Of a DNA stretch of 38,052 nt, positions 21,662 to 32,419 are shown piece by piece. This stretch comes from Trichomonas gallinae (lineage: Eukaryota). Location of the stretch: positions 1-38,052 of the forward strand of contig MRSU01006285.1 in assembly GCA_008369845.1 (NCBI GenBank), given 5' to 3'. The position numbers and the translations under genes were made by a program. The notes under the pieces were generated by a model, which was not told where the DNA came from, searched no databases, and saw only the letters and a list, made by a program, of their open reading frames with translations. Numbering within the stretch: the first letter of the stretch is position 1; each line of letters begins with the position of its first letter.

Positions 21662-23122
21662 ATGCTTGATGATTTTAATTCAGATGATGAAATAGTATTA
21701 GATGAATTTAGTAGTGCAAAAATAGAAGTAATTTACGATAATCAGCCAGATTTTGCTAAAACAAATCTCTCAGACGAGCAAATTGCTGAAATAAATATCG
21801 TATCTCTACTAGAAAAGATTACAGTTGAAGGACTAAATATGGATAAGCTTCAACTAACGAAATTACTCATAAATTGTATTCAGTATTTGCGAAAATATCC
21901 ATTTCCAAATATTGAGGATTGTAATAAAACAGAAATGATTACAATACTCATTACATTCTTAAATTCTGAACATTCTAATATCATTTGCCTTACATTATTA
22001 CTCTTTCAGACATTTATTCAAAATATTGATGATAAAAAAATCGACATTGTTACAAAAATATTCTCAAATAGCTTGTTCTATCTTCATATCATTCAAATAA
22101 TACAAGAAGAGCTTACAAAAAGGCAAGAAAATAAGCAATTTTCGAATAATATTTACTATTCTCTGAGTGTTTTAACAGATTTCATTCGAGTATTGCCAAA
22201 TATAGATCATAGTATACAAGTTTTAGATCTTCTTCAGATTCATTTCCAATTATTCGAAAATTCATTGTTAACTAGCAAAGAAATTACAGTTGCCAACAAA
22301 TTTTATGTTGTAGTCAAGCAAATATTTTTAAATAATGACACCAAAATAATCTTTCTTACTCATATTTCAAAGCTAAGTTTATCAAAATCACCAACATTGA
22401 CATTTGAGTCATTAAAGTGTATCAAGTATTTACTAGCCTCCAATATTGACCATAATTCCATTTTAACATATGAATTAGCAGAAAATTTAAATATTATGCA
22501 ATTTTTAATTAATATTCAATCACAAAACAATATTCAATTCAACTTAGTCATTATATCAATTATACGAACTCTCATTACATATTTCCCAGACATTTTATCG
22601 AATTTCCCGTTTGACATCAATCTGAGTCTTTTTCAATACTTAAAATCAGACAAACAGCAGATCTCTAAGTTTGCATTTAAAAACCTTGAACAAATGATCA
22701 AATCAAAACGAGAAATTGAATTTTTCGTCCAAAATGGCTTGTTAGACGTTTTTCATACATTATCAGAATATATATCCTATACTGAGAAAATTATCATTCT
22801 AAAATTGTTGATTCGCATTTATGGTGAATTTGGAAAAAATATCAGTCAAAGAATTTCACCCGAATACACAACAAGCTACGTAATACAATTTGTTATCTTT
22901 ATGCTCAGTGCTGATGACTACAGCGTCGCAGAAAAATGCCTTTCGCTATTAATTTTATTATTTAGAAAGGATAAGCAAAATCAAGAATTTTACCAGCAAT
23001 ACTTCATCGATAACGGCGGCCTTGATGCTTTAATAGAAAAATCTGAAACATTAATTGAACCACAACAACGTCAACGAATTGATACTTTTATTAGAGTAGT
23101 AATGAAAATAGATCTAGAATGA
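21662..23122 (+). CDS. ARM/HEAT-like helical repeat protein
   Basis: 486-aa ORF with I/L-rich amphipathic helices; FFVQNGLLDVF and FIDNGGLDALIE resemble ARM repeat starts. Confidence 0.75.
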   Translation: MLDDFNSDDEIVLDEFSSAKIEVIYDNQPDFAKTNLSDEQIAEINIVSLLEKITVEGLNMDKLQLTKLLINCIQYLRKYPFPNIEDCNKTEMITILITFLNSEHSNIICLTLLLFQTFIQNIDDKKIDIVTKIFSNSLFYLHIIQIIQEELTKRQENKQFSNNIYYSLSVLTDFIRVLPNIDHSIQVLDLLQIHFQLFENSLLTSKEITVANKFYVVVKQIFLNNDTKIIFLTHISKLSLSKSPTLTFESLKCIKYLLASNIDHNSILTYELAENLNIMQFLINIQSQNNIQFNLVIISIIRTLITYFPDILSNFPFDINLSLFQYLKSDKQQISKFAFKNLEQMIKSKREIEFFVQNGLLDVFHTLSEYISYTEKIIILKLLIRIYGEFGKNISQRISPEYTTSYVIQFVIFMLSADDYSVAEKCLSLLILLFRKDKQNQEFYQQYFIDNGGLDALIEKSETLIEPQQRQRIDTFIRVVMKIDLE

Positions 23123-23545
23123 GATGCGAAATATCTCAAATTCAAGAGTATCAGCGAGAATTTAATGGAATCAAAACTTAATATAAGTAGATTTACTCTT
23201 CTTAGCTTAATAACTAATAACATGGACAATATATAGCTGATCATTGCATTAAAACCTCTGCAATGCCTTTTTATCGGATTAATTCATTTCATCACTTTGG
23301 ATTATGATAAAAAATGATTCCTCATGTTCTGGTGATGTATTTTAACAAATTTACGCGTTAACTATTGTGAGAAAATCAATTACAACCGTTTTTGTCATTA
23401 AATGGTGGATAACATGAGTTAATTTATTCGCACTGTTTGCAAGCTGATCTACACAGTGAGCAATATAGTATTAACATGATCGAACCAGAAAAATCAAAGA
23501 TTTTTCATCATTGAATATTTTAACAGTTTCTAACACGTATTTATT

Positions 23546-24244
23546 CTAAATTTGAACTTTGGTTACCGCAACATTAGTCAGCTCTGAGAACATTGAGCTG
23601 AAAGGAATCTCTAAACACTTGTACATGGAAAATTCATCTTTTTTGTCTATATTATAAGTCTGATTAGGTTCGTAGTTACTGAAATCTATTATCTGGTCAT
23701 TGGAGATCTCATCTATAACGATTAGGCCGTCATCACTCTCGGATTCTTCCGAAATATTCACTTTTGATATTTTATAAGTAGTTTTTTCATCGCGAATGTA
23801 ATTATCATACTTTGACCTTCTTGTAAATTTCGTAATCGCGTGGTTCATCCCGTGGAACTGAGTTAAAGCTCCGTTCCATCTATTCTTGACGTTATTTCCA
23901 CTCCTTCCTGGGAGAAAACTCGCAATTCTCACCCAGTGTGGCCCAAACTGTCTGTATTTCTCTACGATTATCTCGTCTTCCTCTGCTGTCCATGGTTTAT
24001 TTGATACCTCTTTGAACAAATACTGGTTGTATCTATCTCTGCACTGGCATGCGGATCTTCCTGGTAGATACTTGGCTATTTCTTTCCATGTTTTACTCTT
24101 CTTTTCTCTTGCGAGTTTCTTCAATAATTCATCTTCTTCTTTAGTAAATCTTCTTCCTGGTGAATTATTGTTCTCTGATTGAGCAGCAGCATTAGAAAGA
24201 GTGTCAGAGCCAAAAGCTTTGATGAGCAATGCTCTCTTCGGCAT
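23546..24244 (-). CDS. R2R3-type Myb DNA-binding protein
   Basis: RFTKEEDELL...WKEIAKYLPGRSACQCRDRYNQYL and PWTAEEDEII....QFGPHWVRIASFLPGRSGNNVKNRW. Inr-like TCATT on the minus strand at 24260-24264. Confidence 0.95.
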   Translation of the reverse strand: MPKRALLIKAFGSDTLSNAAAQSENNNSPGRRFTKEEDELLKKLAREKKSKTWKEIAKYLPGRSACQCRDRYNQYLFKEVSNKPWTAEEDEIIVEKYRQFGPHWVRIASFLPGRSGNNVKNRWNGALTQFHGMNHAITKFTRRSKYDNYIRDEKTTYKISKVNISEESESDDGLIVIDEISNDQIIDFSNYEPNQTYNIDKKDEFSMYKCLEIPFSSMFSELTNVAVTKVQI

Positions 24245-25507
24245 CCACTAAAAACTATGAATGAAAAAAATAATTTTAATCGTATTATCACAAAGTATGA
24301 AAATCTAGAAATTCATTCAATGCATTTAATGCATTGATAATGTTCGAGCTGATTCAGATCAAGAGTTTTTTCGGCACTGTCATGTCAGGCAGATCGGGTT
24401 TCATTTCATTTGTATTCTATTCATCTCTCTAATCATGAAAGAAAATTTATTTTAAATTCATTCAAATTTTGAATGTTTTTGTAATGTTTTTAAATCTGAT
24501 GCACTCTGAAAAGTTATTTTAAAACAATTTGTCACCCACAAAATCAATTGAGTCAGTTATGGAAACTGTGGTGTTCACTCGAACAAGCTAAAACACATCT
24601 TAAATTTTTTGAATTTTTTTTATGGTTTACAAGTGGTTTCGAATCATGTTTAGATAGATGCATTAATGGTATTTTTGTGTACGAATTGCGTTTTACTGAC
24701 AGATCCACGTTTACCGTGCTTTTGGCAAAACGATTTTGTGTTGATCCAAAAATAGAATTATGTTTGTATAAATAGATGTGAACTATATCTTGCAAATAGT
24801 GAAGTTAGTAGGTCATTATGTAAAAAAGACGTTGGTGATTTCGGAATTGAAATAATAATGATTTTTATGGGCTTATCTTTTGAGAATATATTATTTGGGA
24901 GAAAATAATAATCTCTATCGATTACGAATCATTTCATGTTCATCATCTGTAATTTGTATAAATTGTACTGCATAAGCTAGTGGAACATCATCCTTATAAT
25001 TATATTTGTTCAATTTATTAACATTGGGATCATTCTCATAAGTCAAAAGCAAAAAATAAAAATCAAATCATTTTTGTTATTGATCAGTTGATGGTGCGTG
25101 TATAAGATTTCTTACAAACAATGATGTTGTTGGTTGAAACCTGAACCATGATCCTCGATTATTTTGGAAAAATAAAATCATTTTATATATTGTTTCTCTG
25201 TTTGTCTCATGAACCTTTTATTGGTAATAATCATGATCTGTAAATAAATTTGGCAAATAAACGAATATTTTCCACATCATTTAAGATTTAAGTATATTTA
25301 ATGGAATATGAGAATTCTCCCTATATAAGATACTTTCTAATGTATCATTTAAGCAATTGTTATGTTCACTCACAGTTTTCTTTCAGTTTTTAACATTTGA
25401 TTGAATATTTGCTCAGTCATTGAACATAACATTTATAAAAAATGAGGAATTGAGTTTTAAAATTTATGAATTATAAGTATAACATTTATATCTTTATAAA
25501 AAATTAG

Positions 25508-26830
25508 TTAAGCAAAAGATTGAATAACAAAATTCGATTCTATCAACTTAAATAACCTCTTTGTTATGGCATCTTTGACTGTTTGGCTTTTTGCAACTGA
25601 TAAAATTGCTGGTAAAACATTGTTTGAGATTTCTAAATCTGAAACAAATAAATCTTCATTTTCATTAACAACAATTTCTTGTTCATGAACATTGCAGTGC
25701 AAAAATTCATCATTTATGATCTGTATTGCTGATTCCATGCTTTCTTTTCTCGCATTTTCAAGCAATTCGAAAATATAATGTTTTTCAGAGAATTCGCACT
25801 CGAACTTTTTGATATTATTCAAAGATCCCATGGTAACACTGTTTAACTGGTTCTTTATGTATGGGATTAAAAGTTCGATAAGATTTTCGCCATTTTGAAT
25901 ATTCTTTAAATAAAGGACTGCTTCATTTGCCAATGTAGAATCTGAGAGGAGGAATTCAACATATCTACGAATTGCGAGGCTTCTTGCTGGTTCTACTGGA
26001 TTCTTTCGATAATTCTTTCCATTTTCATAAATTGTATAAAGGATATCGATGAAATGCATTGAAATCAATTCATCATTTGTTCGAGCATAAATAATGTTGA
26101 TTAACATGGAAAAATCTGATTGAATCATTAATTTGATTAAATAATCAAGAGATTTTGGATCCTCGTTCTGAATTTGTGGTAAGCATAATGCGCTGAGTTC
26201 TGATTTTGTAATTGTATTGTAATGAAAAGCTAATTTTGCTGCTATGTTTAATTTCCAGTTTCCTAAATCGTATGTATCATTATTGATGAAATCTTGGATA
26301 TTTTTATCGAAATCTGTGAATTCTGATGATTTTGATAATTCTGAAAAATAATCTCTCCAAGCATCAATGTTAGTAGCAGCATAAACTGTTGTTAAATAGC
26401 TTCCAACTAACTCTGATCCCCCTTTTGATTGATATAAGTCAACAAATTTTGGATCTTGAACGCAAATCAGTGAATGGATTATTTTGGCAACATCAGTTGA
26501 TGGTAAATTCTCTGTAAAATGCCTAAGAGATGCATTGAATGGCTTTTTAACGTTTGTTGTCTTATACGAAAGAATGAAAGATTCTAATAAATTGAATAAT
26601 GGATAACCGATTTCGTTATCTTCGAGTAATTTGGCGTATTCTTGGCATGATGTTAAGAATATTGAGCTATCAGATTGAGAAATTACTGATGAGTGAAGAA
26701 TTTTGAAAGCTTTAGCGAAATTTTTAACACGTGTTATTTGCTCTTCTGTCGAATTTGGCATCCTCTGCAAAACAAGTGTCTTGCTGCTGGAATCCCATTT
26801 CAAAATTCCTCCATCCAAGCCCCAAAACAT
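25508..26830 (-). CDS. Probable divergent nucleoporin Nup85 (Y-complex)
   Basis: All-helical 440-aa ORF. The ordered segments NWKLNIAAKLAF, LDYLIKLMIQSDF, MHFIDIL and RSLAIRRYVEFLLSDSTLANEAVLYL..G..LIELLIP parallel recalled Nup85 motifs. Confidence 0.6.
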   Translation of the reverse strand: MFWGLDGGILKWDSSSKTLVLQRMPNSTEEQITRVKNFAKAFKILHSSVISQSDSSIFLTSCQEYAKLLEDNEIGYPLFNLLESFILSYKTTNVKKPFNASLRHFTENLPSTDVAKIIHSLICVQDPKFVDLYQSKGGSELVGSYLTTVYAATNIDAWRDYFSELSKSSEFTDFDKNIQDFINNDTYDLGNWKLNIAAKLAFHYNTITKSELSALCLPQIQNEDPKSLDYLIKLMIQSDFSMLINIIYARTNDELISMHFIDILYTIYENGKNYRKNPVEPARSLAIRRYVEFLLSDSTLANEAVLYLKNIQNGENLIELLIPYIKNQLNSVTMGSLNNIKKFECEFSEKHYIFELLENARKESMESAIQIINDEFLHCNVHEQEIVVNENEDLFVSDLEISNNVLPAILSVAKSQTVKDAITKRLFKLIESNFVIQSFA

Positions 26831-26833
26831 GAT

Positions 26834-26841
26834 GTCACTTT
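26834..26841 (-). promoter_or_regulatory. AAAGTGAC element directly before the ATG
   Basis: Minus strand reads AAAAGTGACATC-ATG, the same spacing as at the proteasome gene. Confidence 0.65.
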
Positions 26842-27282
26842 TATTGTGTCACAAACAAAATATTTGACATATCAATCATTTACATGGCATTTTTGATTAC
26901 AAAATAATTTGACAAAAAAATATTTACATCAAATTATTTGGCAAAAAAAATCAAATTTGAAAAAGTGTGTTTAGATTTTTAATAAGTTTACAAATCATTT
27001 TCTAACATTTCCATTCACTTGATTGCTTAACATCATAGCTTATGTTATTATAATATAGTTGTATCTTATTCATATTGCAAGATAAAGTTGGATATTAGGC
27101 TAAAAATTATTGACTTAGCTTTAATTCTTGATGAAGATGATTTGATTGTCAAAATTATTATTTTACATGTCAAAAAAGATTTTTGATTTTTGAGCTAAAA
27201 TCTTCACATTTCACCAATATTATACGGAGAAAAGTGAATCTGTTTAAATACATAATAATATTTCGCAAACAAAAAGTATAAT

Positions 27283-28785
27283 CTAATATGGGTTTTGGAA
27301 TGAAGTTGTTTTGGCTGATTTCTCTGCCTTTCTCCTCAAGTTCTCTAGCCTTTCTCTGACATTGGCAACTATTTCATTTCTATCTCCTAGATGTGACTCT
27401 GATAAAAATGAAGAAGATTGAAGAAAGCTGGACTGTTGAGATGGAGCAGGCATTTGCATTGGCATTGATATAACTGCCTGTTGAGGAGGTATGTGTAGTA
27501 TTCTTTCAGTTGCTCCTATTAATGTTGAGTTTAGGTTAATTAATTCTCTAATTTTCTGCTCAATGGAGTCATTGTATCCATCAAATACAACATCATTGTC
27601 ATTGTTGTTAAACCTTTGAAGCTCATCAACGAGAGACTCCAAATCTCCGTTGATAAATTTTTCATCTTCATCGGTATCTTTTGTAAATATGGATAGAGTT
27701 TGTTCATGGAATGCTACTTGCTGCTGTTTCAATCTTTGTACGCGTTTTGCAAGATATTCTTGTTCAATATCTTGCTGATAAGAATAAGTTTCTAAATCTG
27801 ATATTACTTTCTTGTGTTGTGCTAATTTTTCTTTGTTTGGTTCTGAACCATCAAAATATGCTGAAGTCGATTGCAAAACTTCTTTCTTTAAGTCCATAAG
27901 AAGTGGAGTGCATTTTGTCGTGAAATCTTCAATAGTTGAATTGATTTGTGTATTTAACATAGTGTATGACTCTGCTGTTTCCTTCTTAGGCTCAGAACGA
28001 GGCAATTGTTTGCTTATTTGAGTAAATTGATCATTGATTATTGAATTTACTTCGTTAAGAGTGTATTGCTGTTGAGGAAGCTGAACAGATTCTTCAGCAA
28101 CAATCTTCTTGATGTCTGAACTTAATTCAGATAAGAAAGAAGAAACAATATTTTCATATGTTGCTGCTTGATTGAGTTGAAACTTAAACTCATCTAAAAA
28201 TGAGTGTGTGGCATCCTGTGATGCCTTTTCTAGGTATGATATTAATGAGTATTCGAAAGCTTCAATTGGTGTTGTTGGTTTTGGTTTTGGTTGAGGCTGT
28301 GCTTGCCACTTTGGCCTCTGGTCTATTGTATTCATTGTAGGCGTTGTATTTTGTATAGGTTGGGGTTTAGGTATTTCTTTTTGTTCGATTACTGTTTGTT
28401 TTGGAGTATTATCTAATATTTTTACTTCAGGTTGTTTTTCGATAGATTTTTTAGGTGGATCTGATTTAGCAGGCTTTTTTGCATCATCTGAAAATAGTAA
28501 ATCATCGTTAAACGTAGAAAATTCATTTAATGAATCCGCTATTATTGTTGCTGGTTGCTTTGGCGGCTGTTTTTCAGGAGGATCAGCAGGCTGTTGTTCA
28601 ATTGTAAAAGGATCTGACTCTGAATCTGAAGGAATAACACATTTTATTGGTTTTCGATTAATTTTTTTCTTATTTAGATCAGATTTTTTTGGAATTGCAT
28701 CAAAATCTATATCATCAGAATCTATATTAAACGCATCTAGCGTTGAATCATCTTCAGCAAGCATCGCTAATAATTTTTCATCCAT
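27283..28785 (-). CDS. Hypothetical protein: acidic/Pro-rich disordered N-half, helical or coiled-coil C-half
   Basis: 500-aa ATG-initiated ORF; no recognised domain. Confidence 0.82.
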   Translation of the reverse strand: MDEKLLAMLAEDDSTLDAFNIDSDDIDFDAIPKKSDLNKKKINRKPIKCVIPSDSESDPFTIEQQPADPPEKQPPKQPATIIADSLNEFSTFNDDLLFSDDAKKPAKSDPPKKSIEKQPEVKILDNTPKQTVIEQKEIPKPQPIQNTTPTMNTIDQRPKWQAQPQPKPKPTTPIEAFEYSLISYLEKASQDATHSFLDEFKFQLNQAATYENIVSSFLSELSSDIKKIVAEESVQLPQQQYTLNEVNSIINDQFTQISKQLPRSEPKKETAESYTMLNTQINSTIEDFTTKCTPLLMDLKKEVLQSTSAYFDGSEPNKEKLAQHKKVISDLETYSYQQDIEQEYLAKRVQRLKQQQVAFHEQTLSIFTKDTDEDEKFINGDLESLVDELQRFNNNDNDVVFDGYNDSIEQKIRELINLNSTLIGATERILHIPPQQAVISMPMQMPAPSQQSSFLQSSSFLSESHLGDRNEIVANVRERLENLRRKAEKSAKTTSFQNPY

Positions 28786-28996
28786 TTTTTTATAAATCTT
28801 TATTAAACGTAAGAGATTTTAATCGTTTTCCCCAGAATTTCTGCGCTAAAAAAAATACTCAAATGATTATATCTAGGTAATCTAGTAATGACACGATAAT
28901 ACACTCATCCTTGTGATATATATATTCATCATTCTAAATAGTAAAATCTCAGTAAATATCGACCTTTTTTGGTCTCCAAAAGTGAGTTCGGTCTTT

Positions 28997-29046
28997 GGCA
29001 GAAAGGTGAATTAAGGTTAATACCCTAAAAAGAGCTGAAACTCAAA
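28997..29046 (+). repeat. 50-bp degenerate inverted repeat, left copy
   Basis: Its reverse complement matches 30169-30218 at 39 of 50 positions without gaps (manual count). Confidence 0.7.
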
Positions 29047-29427
29047 CGATATGCGTAAAACCAAGTGTATTTCCTAATTACCTAAACAAAACATCGATAT
29101 GTTCTCAAGTTCAAATCATTCAACATTTCACTTGAATTTCGCATCATTTTATATTTGATATAAAGAATAGTACATTACATTGAGCTAAAATACACTGATT
29201 TCTAACTCTTGGCGCAATATAACGCAAAATTGAATAAAGCTCAATGATTTAAAAACACTTACTATGCAACAAATGATGCATGCATTTGAGTAATTCTATA
29301 CATATTAGTTTCTTATCTTTCGATAAGATTTTGATATGATAATATAATGGGTATCTGAGGATTTTAAGCTTATGATTTAATTATAGTAACATTTTATATA
29401 GAAATGTAAACAAACAAGGATTTAAAT

Positions 29428-29688
29428 TTAATATTTTGTAAAAATCGGGATATCGAATTGGTTTTTCCATTCTTCTTCGTGTATTTTTTCAAGAATATCA
29501 TTGTGCTCCTCGACTTCCAATCTAAGAGATCTTAAAGCATTTTCGCATACAGTTTCGATATCGATAAGTTGCTGGAAATACTGTATTGTATATTTTTCTT
29601 GGTTAGCTGCTGGAGCATTGCGTGTTGTTGTCCTTGCCACGCGAACACCGCCAACTTTCCTTTTCGTTAATATGTTCGATGGATCCAT
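29428..29688 (-). CDS. Small 86-aa hypothetical protein
   Basis: ATG in an AAAAAATG context, higher GC than the flanks, protein-like composition, TAA-A stop. Confidence 0.72.
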   Translation of the reverse strand: MDPSNILTKRKVGGVRVARTTTRNAPAANQEKYTIQYFQQLIDIETVCENALRSLRLEVEEHNDILEKIHEEEWKNQFDIPIFTKY

Positions 29689-30168
29689 TTTTTATTTTTA
29701 AACGTAACTTTTTTCATTTCTATTCTTAGAATGCATCAATTAAGAGAACTATACAATACATGAATATATTACTCGAAGAAGTATCGAAATTTTTGAGTTA
29801 TGAAACATTGGAGATCTTCAAAAATCAACTTACAATTCCAAATATCCGCCGTCTACAAAAGTGGTTTTTTTACCCTTTTTTCCCTTATATTTTACCCTCA
29901 TTTACCCTTATTGCAGGGTTATTAAACTAAGATCCCCTAAATAACATCACTTTTCTGACACGCCTTATTTCAAATTTTTGTTGTTCTTTTTTGTTATTAT
30001 CTAGTATTCTCATGTAGCTTCGCTTTTCCAAATATTTCTTCGGCAAAATTCGCAGATTTTTTCACAAAAATCAATTTTTAAGAAATTGTGGCTTCTTTAA
30101 TGGTTAACATCGCTGCACGAGCTTGCAGAGGTGTCACTTATATGACAACTCAATGTAGATTATTACAC

Positions 30169-30218
30169 TTTGAGTTTCGACCTTTTTTCGAAAATTAACC
30201 TTAACTCTCCTTTCTGAC
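30169..30218 (-). repeat. 50-bp degenerate inverted repeat, right copy
   Basis: TTTGAGTTTCGACCTTTTTTCGAAAATTAACCTTAACTCTCCTTTCTGAC versus the reverse complement of the left copy, TTTGAGTTTCAGCTCTTTTTAGGGTATTAACCTTAATTCACCTTTCTGCC. Confidence 0.7.
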
Positions 30219-30534
30219 ATTAAAACAACTTTGTTGCTCATGTGATGCTTTCTTCATTGTTAGATGTTCCAGAAACAGAAAACATGATCATTATCATGAT
30301 TTTCATCCAATTTGCAATTCGATGAAGAAGTTTATAGCAAAATGTCGCTCATGTGAGGCCATAATAATTCCAGAATATACCAAATAAACAAGTGTAATTG
30401 TTATAGATTTCGAAATATAACATGATCACATATTTTCAATTTGAAATGAATAGATTCTTATGTCAGTTTATTATTTTATAATTCCACGATAGAAAAACAT
30501 GTGTATATTGTAAGATAATAAAATTGAACATAAT

Positions 30535-31785
30535 TTATTTAATTCTCAAAATAGGCGCCTCAGATGTTTCTGTAGTCTTAATTGCATAGTCTTCTTCGTT
30601 TGTTGGATAGTATCTGACATCAATTGTCTGAAGTGTTTGATTGAACTGATCGAATTTCACAAACACTTCTTGATCTTCAGGGCAAATTGGGTTTGCAGCA
30701 GCGATAAAGTCTGTTAATGTCGTATTCTTCTTCAAAGCTTCGATAATTTCTGCGAAATGCTCAATTCTGTTGCCTGAAATATCAAGATATTTCAATGATG
30801 GAGCCTTTTCGATGATTTGAGAAACTCCATAGACACCCTTATCGCTGAGCTGGTTGCTGCTAAGGTTAAGATGCTCCAATGTTGTATTCTTTTCGACGGC
30901 AGCAGCAAGAGATTGAACTCCGCTTGCCCCAATCTTGTTATCTGACACGTCAATGTATCTGATTGGTGCTGATCTTACGCATTGGACTAAGTTTTGGAAG
31001 CCGTTGTTGCCGATTTCGTTGTGTGCAAATGTTAATGAAGTCAATCTCTTCAAATGAATGAGACCGTAGCCAATAATCTGTGCGCACTTATCTGTAAGAG
31101 AGTTATCTGACATTTCGAATTCTTCTAAAGCACAGAAGGACCCGATTTGTTCGAAATCTTTTTGTAAAGCCGTGCAGTCCTTTTGTGAGGCACTCATTTC
31201 AGGTTGTATTGTAAACTGATCGAATTCCTCATACTGAGCGAAGTTTCTGCGTGGCTCACCGTAAACGAGAGTTAATTTTCTTAATCCTCTGAATGTTCTG
31301 AAAAGTTTTGCCATTGAAACCTTGCTTGGGCATCTTGACATCTTAATTGATCTGATGAATGGACTGAAAGCCGTCAAATCCTCGAAAACTTGGTCGATAG
31401 ATTCTTTTGTTGCGTTTTCAAGCGCGTTACTAGCAACTTGTTCAAGGACAAAACGCTTCCATTGGGTCATCTTAGGATCGTGTGGAACATTTGCAAATTT
31501 GGCTTGAACAATTCGCTTCCAGTAAATTCCATCTGGAATAGTCATGACTGCATGAGAGAGTTTGATATCGAGTGGAAGTTTCTGGAGGATTTTTGTTTGG
31601 TATTTTCTCGGAATTAAGTGTAACTTCGAGCAATCCGTGAAATTTTTAATAATTGTATCAACGCAAAGATCTACGAGACGTGGAATTTTAGGATTTGCGA
31701 TAGGTGGGAGAACTGTGAATGATTTCGGGAGACCGCTGTCTTGTGGCTGCTCTTCTCCCTTAGTTTTGTCTTGTTCGGCACTCAT
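30535..31785 (-). CDS. TCTE1: TCTE1/DRC5-like LRR protein (nexin-dynein regulatory complex)
   Basis: IPRLVDLCVDTIIKNF...KILQKLPLDIKL...YWKR...WKRFVLE resembles the recalled TCTE1 N-terminus, followed by RI-type LRRs (LNLSSNQLSDKG, LDISGNRI). Confidence 0.78.
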   Translation of the reverse strand: MSAEQDKTKGEEQPQDSGLPKSFTVLPPIANPKIPRLVDLCVDTIIKNFTDCSKLHLIPRKYQTKILQKLPLDIKLSHAVMTIPDGIYWKRIVQAKFANVPHDPKMTQWKRFVLEQVASNALENATKESIDQVFEDLTAFSPFIRSIKMSRCPSKVSMAKLFRTFRGLRKLTLVYGEPRRNFAQYEEFDQFTIQPEMSASQKDCTALQKDFEQIGSFCALEEFEMSDNSLTDKCAQIIGYGLIHLKRLTSLTFAHNEIGNNGFQNLVQCVRSAPIRYIDVSDNKIGASGVQSLAAAVEKNTTLEHLNLSSNQLSDKGVYGVSQIIEKAPSLKYLDISGNRIEHFAEIIEALKKNTTLTDFIAAANPICPEDQEVFVKFDQFNQTLQTIDVRYYPTNEEDYAIKTTETSEAPILRIK

Positions 31786-32419
31786 CCGTTATTAGAGAAA
31801 AGTGATAAAAAAGTTCGTTTACAAAAGACGATATAAAAGTGACATATTTTCTCGACATCGAAGAAGTCGATTTTTTAATTCATCAGTCTAAAGAATCGAA
31901 TAACTTCTGAAGCCAATGATTTTTTCAGTTGGTGTTACATCAGTATTGTGAATATGAAACATAGAGTTCTCAAAAGAAAATGAAGATATTTCAATTATTT
32001 TTCTAATATGGCCAAAAACATAATTAGCACTATCAAAGTTTCTATATTTTCAAGAGATATGTTTTTAGAGTCTCAAATGTTTGTATTGTGAATATAATTA
32101 CTTTCATAACCTTTTTTGATAGATGCATTTGATAGCCCAATTAGTGCTTCAATAATGAACAAAATTTTAATGTTTTATTCATTAAAAAACTCTTTTTCTA
32201 TTTTTTTTATCATAAAAAATAAATTTAATAAACAAATAGTGCGTTCAATTTCATTAGCTCTCTACTATTGACATCCAAGCAGACCCTATATTCTCATTGA
32301 TGAATATGGTAAACTAAATTTCTTTCCCAATTGCAAATATAACACCAATATATCGAACATATTAGTAATATACTGTATATTTGAAAATATATTATGAGCT
32401 CCGCAAGCCATCAACCAAA

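Noticed and set aside
23123..23236. 37 open codons after the TGA stop of the ARM-like gene (possible readthrough or selenocysteine)
   Set aside because: No recognisable SECIS or readthrough context, and the length is compatible with chance; ribosome profiling would be needed.
24548..24795. Two short opposing ORFs upstream of the second Myb gene
   Set aside because: TTG starts, no coding bias and no recognisable motif.
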